Shown here one piece after another: positions 9,798-21,713 of a DNA stretch of 64,000 nucleotides. The position numbers were made by a program, and so were the translations under genes. The stretch's first letter is position 1. Each line of letters opens with the position of its first letter. The DNA is from a bacterium UBP2_UBA2255. Its GTDB lineage: Bacteria > Edwardsbacteria > AC1 > EtOH8. Where the stretch lies: assembly GCA_002347565.1 (NCBI GenBank), contig DDXR01000049.1, forward strand, positions 42,302 through 106,301, given 5' to 3'. The notes beneath the pieces are model-generated. The model saw nothing but the letters and a program-made list of their open reading frames with translations. It was not told the DNA's origin and ran no database searches.

Positions 9798-10742
9798 ATG
9801 GCGAATCATGCGACGGTTATAACAGTCTATCATGATGGGATGCCTGCGCTGCTCCAAATGATCGCAAGCGTCTACACACACCACGCGTTGATTGCTGATG
9901 TGATCATCGTGAATAACTCTAACGAAAGAATCGATCATCTGTCTCAGAAGAGGCACGGCGCGCCGTTCCGGGTCCGCATCATCGAGTCAGGCCGTAACAT
10001 CGGATTCGGTGCCGCGAACAACCTCGCACTACGCAGGACCCAGACCGATTACGTGCTGTTGCTAAACCCTGACGCGCAATTAACCGGTGGATTTCTAGAA
10101 GCCGCGATAGTCATGATGGACGAACGACCGGAGATAGCGGCGGTAGGCCCGAAACTGGTCGATTTCTATGGCAACCCTCATGCATCCGCGTTCACTTCCC
10201 CTTCCTGCGCATCGTACTTTATCGATGCGTTCGCGCTGGGACGCTTTGTCGATAGAAGGCGTACGCCCGCGCGCGAAATCAACCTCTGCGGTTACCTGTG
10301 CGAGACAGCTGATTGGCTGTGTGGCGCAGCGGTGGTCCTCCGGCGAAAAGTTCTCGACCAGATAGGGAGGTTCGATGAAGACTATTTCCTGTATTATGAA
10401 GACACCGACCTGTTCATGCGCATCCGAATGAACGGATCAGTTGTGATGCATTGCCCCCAGTTTATAGTGCGGCACGTTGGCCGGAACGAGGATGGGCTTT
10501 ATTGCGACAAGTTCAATTCAAGCACACGGATCGTGCACCATAGCAGAAGCGTGCTGACATATTGGCGTAAGCACGGCCGACAGCAAATGCCGATCGTTCG
10601 GGCTATCTTGTGCGCCAGCTCCATCTTCAAGTTTTGGACATGGGCGTTGTTGATGCTGATCTCGAGAAAGACTGGATTCACGGCTGTGCGCCAGCGCCTG
10701 CGGGGGTATGCCGAAGCCGCTGCGATCGCCTTGTTCGAATGA
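9798..10742 (+). CDS. Glycosyltransferase family 2 (rhamnosyltransferase-like)
   Basis: NIGFGAANN, LLLNPDA, FDEDYFLYYEDTDL. Confidence 0.88.
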   Translation: MANHATVITVYHDGMPALLQMIASVYTHHALIADVIIVNNSNERIDHLSQKRHGAPFRVRIIESGRNIGFGAANNLALRRTQTDYVLLLNPDAQLTGGFLEAAIVMMDERPEIAAVGPKLVDFYGNPHASAFTSPSCASYFIDAFALGRFVDRRRTPAREINLCGYLCETADWLCGAAVVLRRKVLDQIGRFDEDYFLYYEDTDLFMRIRMNGSVVMHCPQFIVRHVGRNEDGLYCDKFNSSTRIVHHSRSVLTYWRKHGRQQMPIVRAILCASSIFKFWTWALLMLISRKTGFTAVRQRLRGYAEAAAIALFE

Positions 10743-10870
10743 TACACCCATAAAAAGCCCACGTCATTGTTCTGGAATACGTGCCCGTTTGGGAAATCTG
10801 CAAACGACACGAGCGAAGATACCTATGGTTTTTCGGCTGTAGTGCGCCACCAGCCTATAGCAGTATAGCT

Positions 10871-11267
10871 ATGATAGTGATCGACGCCCGGAAAAACTGC
10901 GATTCCGGTATAGGCATCTAGCTGCGTAGCCTCATCGACCATCTTAATGGCCGGCACGATCTGACCGTTCTGATGGCTCGCGATATGGTGTTGTCGGACA
11001 AGTTCGCGGAAACGTACATATATTCTCGTCAGCAGCCAACCCAACACCATGAAGACGTATTGAAATAATGTGGAAGTGCTCGGTCTGCGATGTGTTTATC
11101 TTACCATGCAACAACATCCCGTTGCTGACAATGCCGACGAGGCGGCTGATCGTGTTCATTCAGGATATCCAGCATCTGCCGGCGAGCGCTGGGTATGGGC
11201 CGCAAAACAGGCGTGTGCTAGAATCATGATCAACTTGTTATTCCCGTTGGTCTTTGCCAAAGGGTAA
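10871..11267 (+). pseudogene. Decayed GT4 glycosyltransferase, paralog of the 12505 gene
   Basis: MIVIDARKNCDSGIGI*LRSLI aligns without gaps to MIAFDARMSERSGIGSYVRNLL; TAG at 10919-10921 replaces Tyr; the span is too short for a full GT4; 3' limit uncertain. Confidence 0.65.
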
Positions 11268-11289
11268 CCGCTTGAATGGATACAGTAAA

Positions 11290-12153
11290 ATGAACGCGAA
11301 TATGAATGACCCATGCATCGCTTGTAAAAGCAAATATTACAGAGTGGTTTTTAACGAATTTGGGATTGATATAGTTCAATGCAAATGCTGCGGCCATTTG
11401 TTCTCAACATTCCCGGGTGATCAAAACTACAACGGTTATTTCGGTGAGCAACAGATCGAATCATGTAAGCAATTCTGGTGGGACGATGCGCATCGCGATA
11501 TGTATGCTGACTTCTACCGACGATTTATAAACAAGAAAACAGGTACATTGCTGGATGTCGGCTGTGGCCTGGGCTATTTTGTCAAAAATATGTCAGTAAT
11601 ACCGTGCTGGGAGGTCTACGGTTGTGAAATATCTCGGGTAGCAGTAGCCTATGCCCGCAACAAACTTGGACTCAAGAACATTTATGAGGGGAAAATAGAG
11701 GAAATTGATTTCGGGTGCAGGACCTTTGATATCATAACACTGTGGGATGTTATTGAACACATTCCGAATCCCTATCCTCTTCTTGTCCGAATCTATTCGT
11801 TACTCAAGCAGGGAGGCATGCTATTCCTTCACACCCCCAATGCCCGCATCCAGTTGCCGAAAGCACGGATGAAACAGCTGATCATGCGCAGAAACCCGCA
11901 CGCCCATTTTCTTGAGGCAAAAGACCACATGAACATCTATACCGACAAATCGATATCTGCCGTACTCGGACGAAGTGGTTACATCTCGGTACAATTTCTG
12001 CATCTTAAACCATTGCAGAGTGTCGCTGGCAGTCGGAATGCTCTATTCGTCATCATCAAGAACTTATGGGCGTCTCTCTCAAGAATAATATACGTTTTAT
12101 CGAAGAGACGAATCAACATCGGGAATTTGTTCGTCGTCGCGTATAAACAATAG
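11290..12153 (+). CDS. Class I SAM-dependent methyltransferase with N-terminal Cys cluster
   Basis: CIAC...CKCCG; LLDVGCGLG; FDIITLWDVIEH; visibly AT-rich. Confidence 0.85.
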   Translation: MNANMNDPCIACKSKYYRVVFNEFGIDIVQCKCCGHLFSTFPGDQNYNGYFGEQQIESCKQFWWDDAHRDMYADFYRRFINKKTGTLLDVGCGLGYFVKNMSVIPCWEVYGCEISRVAVAYARNKLGLKNIYEGKIEEIDFGCRTFDIITLWDVIEHIPNPYPLLVRIYSLLKQGGMLFLHTPNARIQLPKARMKQLIMRRNPHAHFLEAKDHMNIYTDKSISAVLGRSGYISVQFLHLKPLQSVAGSRNALFVIIKNLWASLSRIIYVLSKRRINIGNLFVVAYKQ

Positions 12154-12504
12154 CGAACGATTATCCCATCAGCTCAGGAACACCCGGGGAAAGCCATTTA
12201 CGGTCAGTTCGACTTCTCTCGATGACCGGGAATACGCACCCCGAGCGGAGTCGAGAAATGCAGTAACGTGCCATCCTGAATATATGGGATAATCACTCAA
12301 TAGAGATATGCCACCCGCAGGCTATTTCTTCTGTTCGCCGCGGCGGCATCGGATGGTCGGTTTGATGAAGAAGCACGAGAGTTACAACTCAATGAACTAC
12401 AATTCTCTTGATATCCGGTTGCAGGTTATACATAGCGCCACGAAATAGTAATGACAAGCTAGTTCTATAAAAGAAATGCAGTTTAAAAAAGTGATGGTGC
12501 CGGC

Positions 12505-13602
12505 ATGATCGCCTTTGACGCAAGAATGTCAGAGCGTTCTGGTATCGGTTCGTATGTGCGAAACTTGTTGGCACAATTCGCGGCAATGGACCGGCCGCCA
12601 AAGCTGACCGTGATCGGTGACCAAGATATCCACCGCTACTGGCGGCGACCGATTGTCTGCCGTAGCCCGATATACAGTATTCAGGAGCAACTGTCTATTC
12701 CAGTGGTGGCGCATAATTGCAACGTCTTTCATGCGCCGCATTACAACGCCCCGCTGCTGTTCCGCGGCCGTCTGGTCGTGACTATCCACGACCTCAATCA
12801 TCTCACGTTTTATGATGAATTGCCGACCATCGCCCACAAACTGTATGCCCGTCTGATGATGACGTTAGCCGTCCGGCGGGCCGACCACATCATGACGGAT
12901 TCCGAGTGGACACGGCGCGACCTCCTCCGACGATGGCCCGACGCAGCGACGAAGACGGAGGTTGTACATAACGGTATTGATCCACAATTGCGACGGACGA
13001 TCGAACCGGCTGTGCCAGCGAAATATGGCATCACCAAACCATACGTTCTTTATCTGGGACTGCTGAAACGGCATAAAAACATCACGCGACTGATCGAAGC
13101 TTTCCTGGCGGCCCAAGACGAATTGAAGGGTGAGTTCCAATTGGCCATCGCGGGAGATCCGACCAGCGACGATATCGGCCTTCGTGATTTTATCGTGCGA
13201 CGGCGATCATCCGAAATCGTACGGTTGATAGGATTCATTGCGCCGGGTGACATCGCCCCGTTGTATAGCGGCGCGAAGGTGTTCGCCTTCCCATCGCTGG
13301 CCGAGGGCTTCGGCTTGCCGCCGCTGGAGGCGATGGCCTGTGGCACGCCGGTGATCGCCAGCAACGCGAGCTGCCTTCCCGAGGTCCTGGGCGGCGCACC
13401 GCGTTTCTTCGACCCCCGCGACGTGGCTGACATGGCGGCGTCGATCGTGTCCGCCGTCCGGGACGAAGCCTGGCGGTTCGCAGCCATCGAGCGCGGCTAT
13501 CGCACCACGGCCAAGTACCGGTGGGAGGATACGGCGCTGGCCTGCATACGCGCATATAGTGCAGCCGATACGACGGTTGCCAATGGGAGTGGTGGGCGGT
13601 GA
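12505..13602 (+). CDS. Glycosyltransferase family 4 (mannosyltransferase-like)
   Basis: DAR..SGIG.Y, VVTIHDL, HKN..RL, FPSLAEGFGLPPLEAMACGTPV. Confidence 0.9.
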   Translation: MIAFDARMSERSGIGSYVRNLLAQFAAMDRPPKLTVIGDQDIHRYWRRPIVCRSPIYSIQEQLSIPVVAHNCNVFHAPHYNAPLLFRGRLVVTIHDLNHLTFYDELPTIAHKLYARLMMTLAVRRADHIMTDSEWTRRDLLRRWPDAATKTEVVHNGIDPQLRRTIEPAVPAKYGITKPYVLYLGLLKRHKNITRLIEAFLAAQDELKGEFQLAIAGDPTSDDIGLRDFIVRRRSSEIVRLIGFIAPGDIAPLYSGAKVFAFPSLAEGFGLPPLEAMACGTPVIASNASCLPEVLGGAPRFFDPRDVADMAASIVSAVRDEAWRFAAIERGYRTTAKYRWEDTALACIRAYSAADTTVANGSGGR

Positions 13603-14747
13603 CCCGCGAACGGAACAACCGGGTTTATAAATGGCTGGACGGACACATTGGACCGCCGATCATCGCGATGAAGGCAGCGCTTGATATGCGGCAACGGCCT
13701 TGCGATCAGCGTGTGTCCAACCGATCACCCAGGATCGCATTGGTGAAAACGGAATCCATAGGCGATACGTTGCTGACCGAACCGCTGATTAAAAGCATCA
13801 AACATGTCCATCCCGCGGGTGCGATCACGTACATCTGCATGTCGAACAACGTTGACGCGGTCAGGGGTCTGGATGGGATCGATGAGATCATCATCTTTGA
13901 TCTCGGGGCACCGCTACGATCGCTGTGTCGATTGACGAGGCTGCGACCGTTCGACGTGGTGATTGACTGCGGTTCCTGGGCCAGGATCAACAGCGTGATT
14001 GCAACCACAGTGCCCGCCGCATGCCGTGTGGGCTTCCGTACCGCCAGCATGCACCGGCACTATGCCTACGATATCGTCGTTGACCATGATTCCGGCATCC
14101 ATGAACTTGACAACTATCGCAACCTGCTACGGGCCGCCGGCATCACCCCGCAGCGGTCGGCACCGCGCTATGTCATCGGCCGGCAAGCTGCCGGGGCACC
14201 GGTGTTCCCGTTGCCGTCGCTGGGTGAATACGTCGTCCTGCACATTCATCCCGGCGGCGCCCAGCGGCATCTGAAGTGCTGGCCGGATGCCCAATGGATC
14301 GAACTGGGGAGGCGTCTGATCGGCGCCGGGATCCGCATCTATATTAGCGGCGGTCGCGGCGATGCCGTTGGTGCAGGGCGCATTGCGAACCTGATCGACG
14401 GCGTCCACTGCGCGTCGCTGGCTGGTCAGCTGTCTCTGGATCAAACCGCGCAGCTGATCGCGGGATCCCGTCTGCTGGTCACCGTTGACACCGGTATCAT
14501 GCACCTCGGAGCAGCCGTCGGGGCGAATGTCATCAGTCTACATGGACCGACCTCGCCACGACGGTGGGGCGGCATCGGCCGATCGGTCACGCCAGTTTGC
14601 ACGACGGCCAGCTGTGCCCCATGCATCAACCTGGGCTTCGATTCACCCTGTCGGCACGGCGGCTGCATGGACCTCATCACTGTTGATGCCGTGTTCACTC
14701 AGGCAGCCGAACACCTGAAACGCACCGGACGCGGACGGCCATCGTAG
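13599..14747 (+). CDS. Glycosyltransferase family 9 (heptosyltransferase-like)
   Basis: SIGD.LL..P, HPGG...KCWP, VTVDTGIMHLGAA.G...ISLHGPT. Confidence 0.87.
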   Translation: MTRERNNRVYKWLDGHIGPPIIAMKAALDMRQRPCDQRVSNRSPRIALVKTESIGDTLLTEPLIKSIKHVHPAGAITYICMSNNVDAVRGLDGIDEIIIFDLGAPLRSLCRLTRLRPFDVVIDCGSWARINSVIATTVPAACRVGFRTASMHRHYAYDIVVDHDSGIHELDNYRNLLRAAGITPQRSAPRYVIGRQAAGAPVFPLPSLGEYVVLHIHPGGAQRHLKCWPDAQWIELGRRLIGAGIRIYISGGRGDAVGAGRIANLIDGVHCASLAGQLSLDQTAQLIAGSRLLVTVDTGIMHLGAAVGANVISLHGPTSPRRWGGIGRSVTPVCTTASCAPCINLGFDSPCRHGGCMDLITVDAVFTQAAEHLKRTGRGRPS

Positions 14748-14761
14748 CCGGGAGCGAAGTT

Positions 14762-15736
14762 ATGAGCGGCACTAACGCCGGTACAGCGTACCTGGTCACC
14801 GGCGGCAGCGGGTTCATCGGCGGGCACCTGATCGTCGACCTGCTACGGGACCCGGGCACCGCCCGGGTGGTCAATATCGACCTGCGCCCGTACCCGGGCG
14901 CGGTCGACCCTCGCCTGGAGACGGTGATTGCGGACATCAGAAAGCCGCTGGCGGCCGGCCTGCCGGCGGGGGTCGGCACCTGCTTCCACCTGGCCGCGGT
15001 CTGCCGCGAGCCGGGCCACCGGCGGGAGGAGTACTTCGAGACCAACCATCGCGGGACCGGCAACGTGATCGACCTGTGCCGGCGACAGGGCATCCACAGC
15101 ATCGTCTTCACCAGCACCATCATGGTCTATTCGCCCGGGGACGCCCCGTGCGACGAGTCGGCGACCACTCGGCCCAACACTGCTTACGGGGAATCGAAGC
15201 TGCTGGCGGAGCGCGAGCTGGAGCGGTGGGGGGCGGAGGGGCGACACCTGCGGATCGTACGGCCCGGCGTGGTGTTTGGTCCGGGCGACTACGGCAACTT
15301 CATCCGATTGCACCGCGCGCTGCGGAGCAACCTGTTCTGCTACGTCGGCCGCCGCACCACAGTCAAGGGCAGCGTCTACGTCCGTGACGTGGTGTCGTGC
15401 CTGCGGTTCATGGAGACGGCGGCGGCGCGGAGCGCTGTCTACAACTGCGTGTTCCCGGGGCGGTACACCATCGGCGAGATCGTCGCCGCCATCTGCACCG
15501 CCGAGGGATGGCGGCGTTGGGTGCCGGTTCTGCCGTACCGGCTGATGCGGGCCCTGGCGGCGGTCGGGCCCTGGCTGGACGCGGCCGGGCTGCGCAACGG
15601 GCTCCATCCCCGCCGCATCGACAAACTGTACCAGTCAACTGACGCGGTGCCGCAGGCGCTGGCGCGCGATGGGTTCGGGTTCCGGTACGATCTGCGTGCC
15701 GCTGTCCGGGAGTGGCTGTGCGGCGCGGCATCCTGA
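14762..15736 (+). CDS. NAD-dependent epimerase/dehydratase
   Basis: LVTGGSGFIG, FHLAA, YGESKLLAE, IVRPGVVFGPG. Confidence 0.88.
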   Translation: MSGTNAGTAYLVTGGSGFIGGHLIVDLLRDPGTARVVNIDLRPYPGAVDPRLETVIADIRKPLAAGLPAGVGTCFHLAAVCREPGHRREEYFETNHRGTGNVIDLCRRQGIHSIVFTSTIMVYSPGDAPCDESATTRPNTAYGESKLLAERELERWGAEGRHLRIVRPGVVFGPGDYGNFIRLHRALRSNLFCYVGRRTTVKGSVYVRDVVSCLRFMETAAARSAVYNCVFPGRYTIGEIVAAICTAEGWRRWVPVLPYRLMRALAAVGPWLDAAGLRNGLHPRRIDKLYQSTDAVPQALARDGFGFRYDLRAAVREWLCGAAS

Positions 15737-15813
15737 ACGGCTGGATCTCCGGTGGCAGCACAGTTGCTGTATCGGAGTAGCCATTCGACGGCTGTATGCG
15801 ATGGGGGCATTCA

Positions 15814-17193
15814 ATGCTGAGGGATAAACGTACGGTCCTCCGCTTGTCGATGATGGCCATCGATATGGTGATCACCGTGGCCGCCTTCTTCACGGCGTAC
15901 TGGCTGCGGGTGGCGCTGCCGGTGCCGTGGTTCCAGGAGGGCGGCGTCTACCCGCTGGCGGTCACCATGAAGGCGCTGCTGCTGCTGCTGCCGCTGTGGT
16001 GGTCCCTGTATCAGCGCCTGGGCCAGTACCATCCGATCAAGATCCTGGGCCGCTACACCCTGCCGCTGCTGCCGGCCTACCGCGCCAACCTGATCGGCTT
16101 GGCGGTGGCCATCATCATCGCCTACTTCCTGAAGCTGGCGTCGGTCAGCCGGGCGCTGGTGCTGCTGTTCTTCATCGTCAACTGCCTGCTGCTGACCCTG
16201 TGGCGCCTGCTGCTGCTGTTCTCCCCCCGGCTGTCTTCCAGCAGCCGCGACAGCCGGCACGTGCTGCTGGTCGGGGACGCGGGCCGCCTGCCGCAGCTCG
16301 GGGCGTTCGAGCGCCTGGGAGAGGAGTGGGGCGTCACGGTGGTGGAAACCCTGGAACGTCGCGATCCGGAGCGGCTGGGCGCGGCGCTGCAGTCGATGGT
16401 GGTCGACGACGTGGTGTTCACCCTCGGCCGGACCAAGCTGCACGACCTCGAACCGGACATCCTGCTGTGCGAGGAGCGGGGGGTGGCCATCCACATCGTG
16501 ACCGACTGGTTCCGGGACCGCACCGGCCGGGCCAGGATGGACGAGTTCTACGGCATCCCTGTGATCTCCATCGATTCCACCAAGCGGCGGGCCTGGGAGG
16601 TGGTGGCCAAGCGGACCATCGACCTGCTGTGCTCCGGCCTGGCGCTGATCGCGCTGGCGCCGCTGCTGGCGGTGATCGCCGCGCTCATCAAGCTGACGTC
16701 GCCCGGGCCGGTGCTGTTCGCGCAAACACGGGCCGGCCTCAACGGGCGGCCGTTCCGGCTCTACAAGTTCCGTTCGATGATCCAGGGCGCAGAAAAACTG
16801 CAGGACAAGCTGCAGGACCGGAACGAGATGTCCGGCCCGGTGTTCAAGATCGCCAACGACCCGCGGCTGACGCGCGTCGGGAGGTTCCTGCGCCGCACCA
16901 GCCTGGACGAGCTGCCCCAGCTGTGGAACGTCCTGCGGGGCGACATCAGCCTGGTGGGCCCGCGGCCCCTGCCGGCCTACGAGGTCAAGAAGTTCAAGCT
17001 GCGCGAGCAGCGCCGCCTCAGCGTCATGCCGGGCATCACCTGCCTGTGGCAGATCAGCGGCCGGAACGAGGTCGGTTTCGACGAATGGATGCGTCTCGAC
17101 ATGCGGTACATCGACACCTGGTCGCTGTGGCTGGACATCAAGATACTGCTGCTGACGATCCCCGCCGTGCTGGTGCAGCGGGGGGCGAGGTAG
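15814..17193 (+). CDS. Priming polyprenyl glycosylphosphotransferase (WcaJ/CpsE-type sugar transferase)
   Basis: N-terminal TMs; KR..DL, F.LYKFRSM, DPRLTRVGRFLRRTSLDELPQLWNVL.GD.SLVGPRP, PGIT.LWQ. Confidence 0.93.
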   Translation: MLRDKRTVLRLSMMAIDMVITVAAFFTAYWLRVALPVPWFQEGGVYPLAVTMKALLLLLPLWWSLYQRLGQYHPIKILGRYTLPLLPAYRANLIGLAVAIIIAYFLKLASVSRALVLLFFIVNCLLLTLWRLLLLFSPRLSSSSRDSRHVLLVGDAGRLPQLGAFERLGEEWGVTVVETLERRDPERLGAALQSMVVDDVVFTLGRTKLHDLEPDILLCEERGVAIHIVTDWFRDRTGRARMDEFYGIPVISIDSTKRRAWEVVAKRTIDLLCSGLALIALAPLLAVIAALIKLTSPGPVLFAQTRAGLNGRPFRLYKFRSMIQGAEKLQDKLQDRNEMSGPVFKIANDPRLTRVGRFLRRTSLDELPQLWNVLRGDISLVGPRPLPAYEVKKFKLREQRRLSVMPGITCLWQISGRNEVGFDEWMRLDMRYIDTWSLWLDIKILLLTIPAVLVQRGAR

Positions 17194-17248
17194 CGGGACG
17201 GCGGCGCGGCCCGGGACGGCCGCCGGCACACGGAACGAGGAGGGATGG

Positions 17249-19010
<1,762 letters not shown>

Positions 19011-19068
19011 GACCGGCATGAAGGCACGGCGATCCCGGGCCGCCGGCCGGCCCGGCAGGGGCGGCTGA

Positions 19069-20352
19069 ATGCCATTCCCCAGGATCGGCGCCCACCTGCG
19101 AAACATCCTGCTGCTCGGCGGCGGCACGGTGCTGGGTCAGGCGCTGGCGGTCGGGGCGATGCCGGTCGTCACCCGGATGTACCGGCCGGACCAGCTGGGC
19201 CAGCTGGGGCTGTTCCTGTCGTTCCTGGGTTTCGCCGGGATCGCGGTGACCCTGCGCCTCGAGATGGCGATCGCCTCGGAAACCAGCCAGCGCAGCGCCG
19301 ATTACCTGCTGGCGATCTCGTTCGCCATGGCCCTGCCGGTGTCCGTGCTGGCCGGGCTGGTCCAGCTGCTGATGATCAAGTGCGACATCCTGTCGTACGG
19401 GAGCCTGCCGGCCTGGACCGCAGCCGCGATGGCGGCGACGCTGGCGGCAACGGGCGTGTTCGTGTCCCTGCGGTATTGGTTCGTCCGGCAGCAGCGGTTC
19501 GCCGAGATCAGCCGGGCGATGGTCGCGCAGGGCGCGGCGCGGGCGGTCGTCCCGATCGCGCTCGGCGCGGCGGGCTGTGGCTGGATCGGCCTGCTGGCTG
19601 GTGAAATTGCGGGGCGCGCGATGGGCCTGTACCGGATGCTGGTCCTGGCCTGGCCGAGGCTGGCGGACGTGGTCCGCGGCTGGGACCGGACCGAGGCCGC
19701 CGCGGTGCTGGGGCGCAACGTCAAATTGCCGTTGATCGGCCTGCCGTCGTCGTTGCTGGACGCGCTGGCCGCGGCGCTGCCATTGCCGCTGATCGCCAGC
19801 CTGCACGGGATGGAGGCGGCGGGCCAGTTTCTGCTGGTGCACCGGCTGGCCGCGCTTCCGGCGGGACTGGTGATCGCCAGTGTCAGCGACGTTTACCACC
19901 CGGTGCTCGCCCAGACCCACCGCGACCAGCCGGCGTTGCTGCGGCCGACCGTATTGCGGATCGCCGGGCGGATGCTCCTGGTCGCCAGCGCGATCTATCT
20001 GCCGCTTTGCGCGGCGGCGCCGGCGATGTTCGCCCCGCTGTTCGGCAGCCAGTGGGCCAGGGCCGGCGTGATCATGGCGATCGTCGCCCCGGTTCATCTC
20101 GCAGCCCTGACGGTCAGCCCCCTCAGCCGGGTCCTGTACATCGTTGATCGGATCGAATACAAACTGGTGTTCGATGTGTTCAGCTTATTGGTGCCGGTCG
20201 TCAGCCTGTATGGATTCCATCTGATGGGATGGGGCCTCTACCGGTGTTTGGCCGTGTACAGCGTGCTGCATCTCTGCTCCAGCTGCATCTACTTCGGACT
20301 GATATGGAAGGCCAGCGGCAGCGCCTGCCCCGGGGGAGCGCCCCGGTGCTGA
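19069..20352 (+). CDS. Second Wzx-type flippase (lipopolysaccharide biosynthesis protein)
   Basis: GT.LGQ.L....P.VTR.Y.P..LG, LR.E.AI, LFG..W..AG; about 12 TM segments. Confidence 0.82.
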   Translation: MPFPRIGAHLRNILLLGGGTVLGQALAVGAMPVVTRMYRPDQLGQLGLFLSFLGFAGIAVTLRLEMAIASETSQRSADYLLAISFAMALPVSVLAGLVQLLMIKCDILSYGSLPAWTAAAMAATLAATGVFVSLRYWFVRQQRFAEISRAMVAQGAARAVVPIALGAAGCGWIGLLAGEIAGRAMGLYRMLVLAWPRLADVVRGWDRTEAAAVLGRNVKLPLIGLPSSLLDALAAALPLPLIASLHGMEAAGQFLLVHRLAALPAGLVIASVSDVYHPVLAQTHRDQPALLRPTVLRIAGRMLLVASAIYLPLCAAAPAMFAPLFGSQWARAGVIMAIVAPVHLAALTVSPLSRVLYIVDRIEYKLVFDVFSLLVPVVSLYGFHLMGWGLYRCLAVYSVLHLCSSCIYFGLIWKASGSACPGGAPRC

Positions 20353-21713
20353 CGAGGATCACGGCGGCCGCGGCGGTGTCCGCGTACGCCGCAACATTCG
20401 CCTGGGCCTACGGTGCCCATGTCGCGCCATACTATGCATTCTGGGGGCTGGACAGCCGGGCGATACCGTCCCCGTTCCTGGCGCTGTCGGTGATGCTGGC
20501 CGTTGCGCCGGCGCTCTGGCTGCCGAGGGGGATCGGCAGGCCGTCGCTGCTGCTGTTCCTCGTGCAGTATCTGGTGCTTTTCGTGCCTGGGTGCTTCGTG
20601 CTGTACCAGACGTCGGCCCCGGTGCTGGCGCCGGCGGCATCGGCCCGGCTGCTGCTGGTGATGTTCGCCGGCCTGACGGTGATGCAGGCGTTCTACCTGC
20701 TGCCGACGGTGGCGCTGCCCCGCCCGGCCATTCCGCCGCGCGCCTACACGGCCCTGTTCTCATCGCTGACGGCCGGCCTGATGCTGTACGTGCTGTCGCA
20801 GTACGGGTCCAACTTCGCGATTACGGATTTCCGCGGCATCTACGCCGTCCGCCAGGCGCTGGCAGAGCGCATGGGAGGAGGCCCGGTGCTGGCCGGGCAA
20901 TACGCGATCATGTGGCTGTCCGGATTCTGCCTGCCGGCGGCGATGGCATTCGGTCTGCAGACCCGGCGGCTCCCGCTGCTGATCGCGGCTGCCGCCGGGT
21001 ACGTGGCCCTGTACGGCATCGCCGGGAACAAGCTGACGCTCCTGGCCATCGTCTTCATCCCCGCGCTCCACTGCTGGGCGCGGTGGGCCGCCCGGGCTGC
21101 GGTGCCCGCGTTCGCCGCCGGCATCACCCTGTTGCTGGCCGCGCCAGCCGCGCTGCCCGCGCTGCGGCTGGAGCCCCTGGGCCGGTGGTTCGTCGCGGTC
21201 GTGCACCAGCGCATTTTCAGCATTCCGTCGCTGCTGATCGCCCAGTATCACGGCTTTTTTGAGGGCCATCCCTTGACCTATTTTTCGCACATCCGGGGCA
21301 TCCACCTGGTGGTGCCATTCCCGTTCGGGATGGACCTTTCCCGGACGGTCGGCCTGCACTACTACGGTGAGCTGGTCGGTTCCAACGCCAATTTCTGGGC
21401 AGGCGACGGGCTGGCAGGTTTCGGGATGCCCGGCGTGATCCTGATGTCGCTGGCGTGCGGCCTGTTGTTCTGGGCCTTCGACAGTGTGGCGCGCGGCCTC
21501 AAGCCGGGTTTTGTGATGGCGGCTGCCGGATTCGCCGCGGCGTCCTTCGCCAACATCCCCCTGCCGACCCTGGTGCTGAGCGGCGGATTCGGCCTGCTGC
21601 TCCTCGCACTTTGGCTGCTGCCGCGGGAGGGCATGTACGCGTCGCTCTGGCAGACCGCTGCGGCCGGGGACCCGCCCCTTGCGCACGGCACCGCCGGACG
21701 GGGGCAACGCTGA
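20346..21713 (+). CDS. Putative O-antigen polymerase (Wzy)
   Basis: Many TM segments; NANFW.DG.A.FG..G; lies directly after the flippase. Confidence 0.7.
   Translation: MLTRITAAAAVSAYAATFAWAYGAHVAPYYAFWGLDSRAIPSPFLALSVMLAVAPALWLPRGIGRPSLLLFLVQYLVLFVPGCFVLYQTSAPVLAPAASARLLLVMFAGLTVMQAFYLLPTVALPRPAIPPRAYTALFSSLTAGLMLYVLSQYGSNFAITDFRGIYAVRQALAERMGGGPVLAGQYAIMWLSGFCLPAAMAFGLQTRRLPLLIAAAAGYVALYGIAGNKLTLLAIVFIPALHCWARWAARAAVPAFAAGITLLLAAPAALPALRLEPLGRWFVAVVHQRIFSIPSLLIAQYHGFFEGHPLTYFSHIRGIHLVVPFPFGMDLSRTVGLHYYGELVGSNANFWAGDGLAGFGMPGVILMSLACGLLFWAFDSVARGLKPGFVMAAAGFAAASFANIPLPTLVLSGGFGLLLLALWLLPREGMYASLWQTAAAGDPPLAHGTAGRGQR

Noticed and set aside
10919-10921. TAG read-through (pyrrolysine/recoding) in the GT4 relic
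   Set aside because: Another stop follows shortly, the region is too short for a full enzyme, and TAG is used as a normal stop elsewhere in the window.
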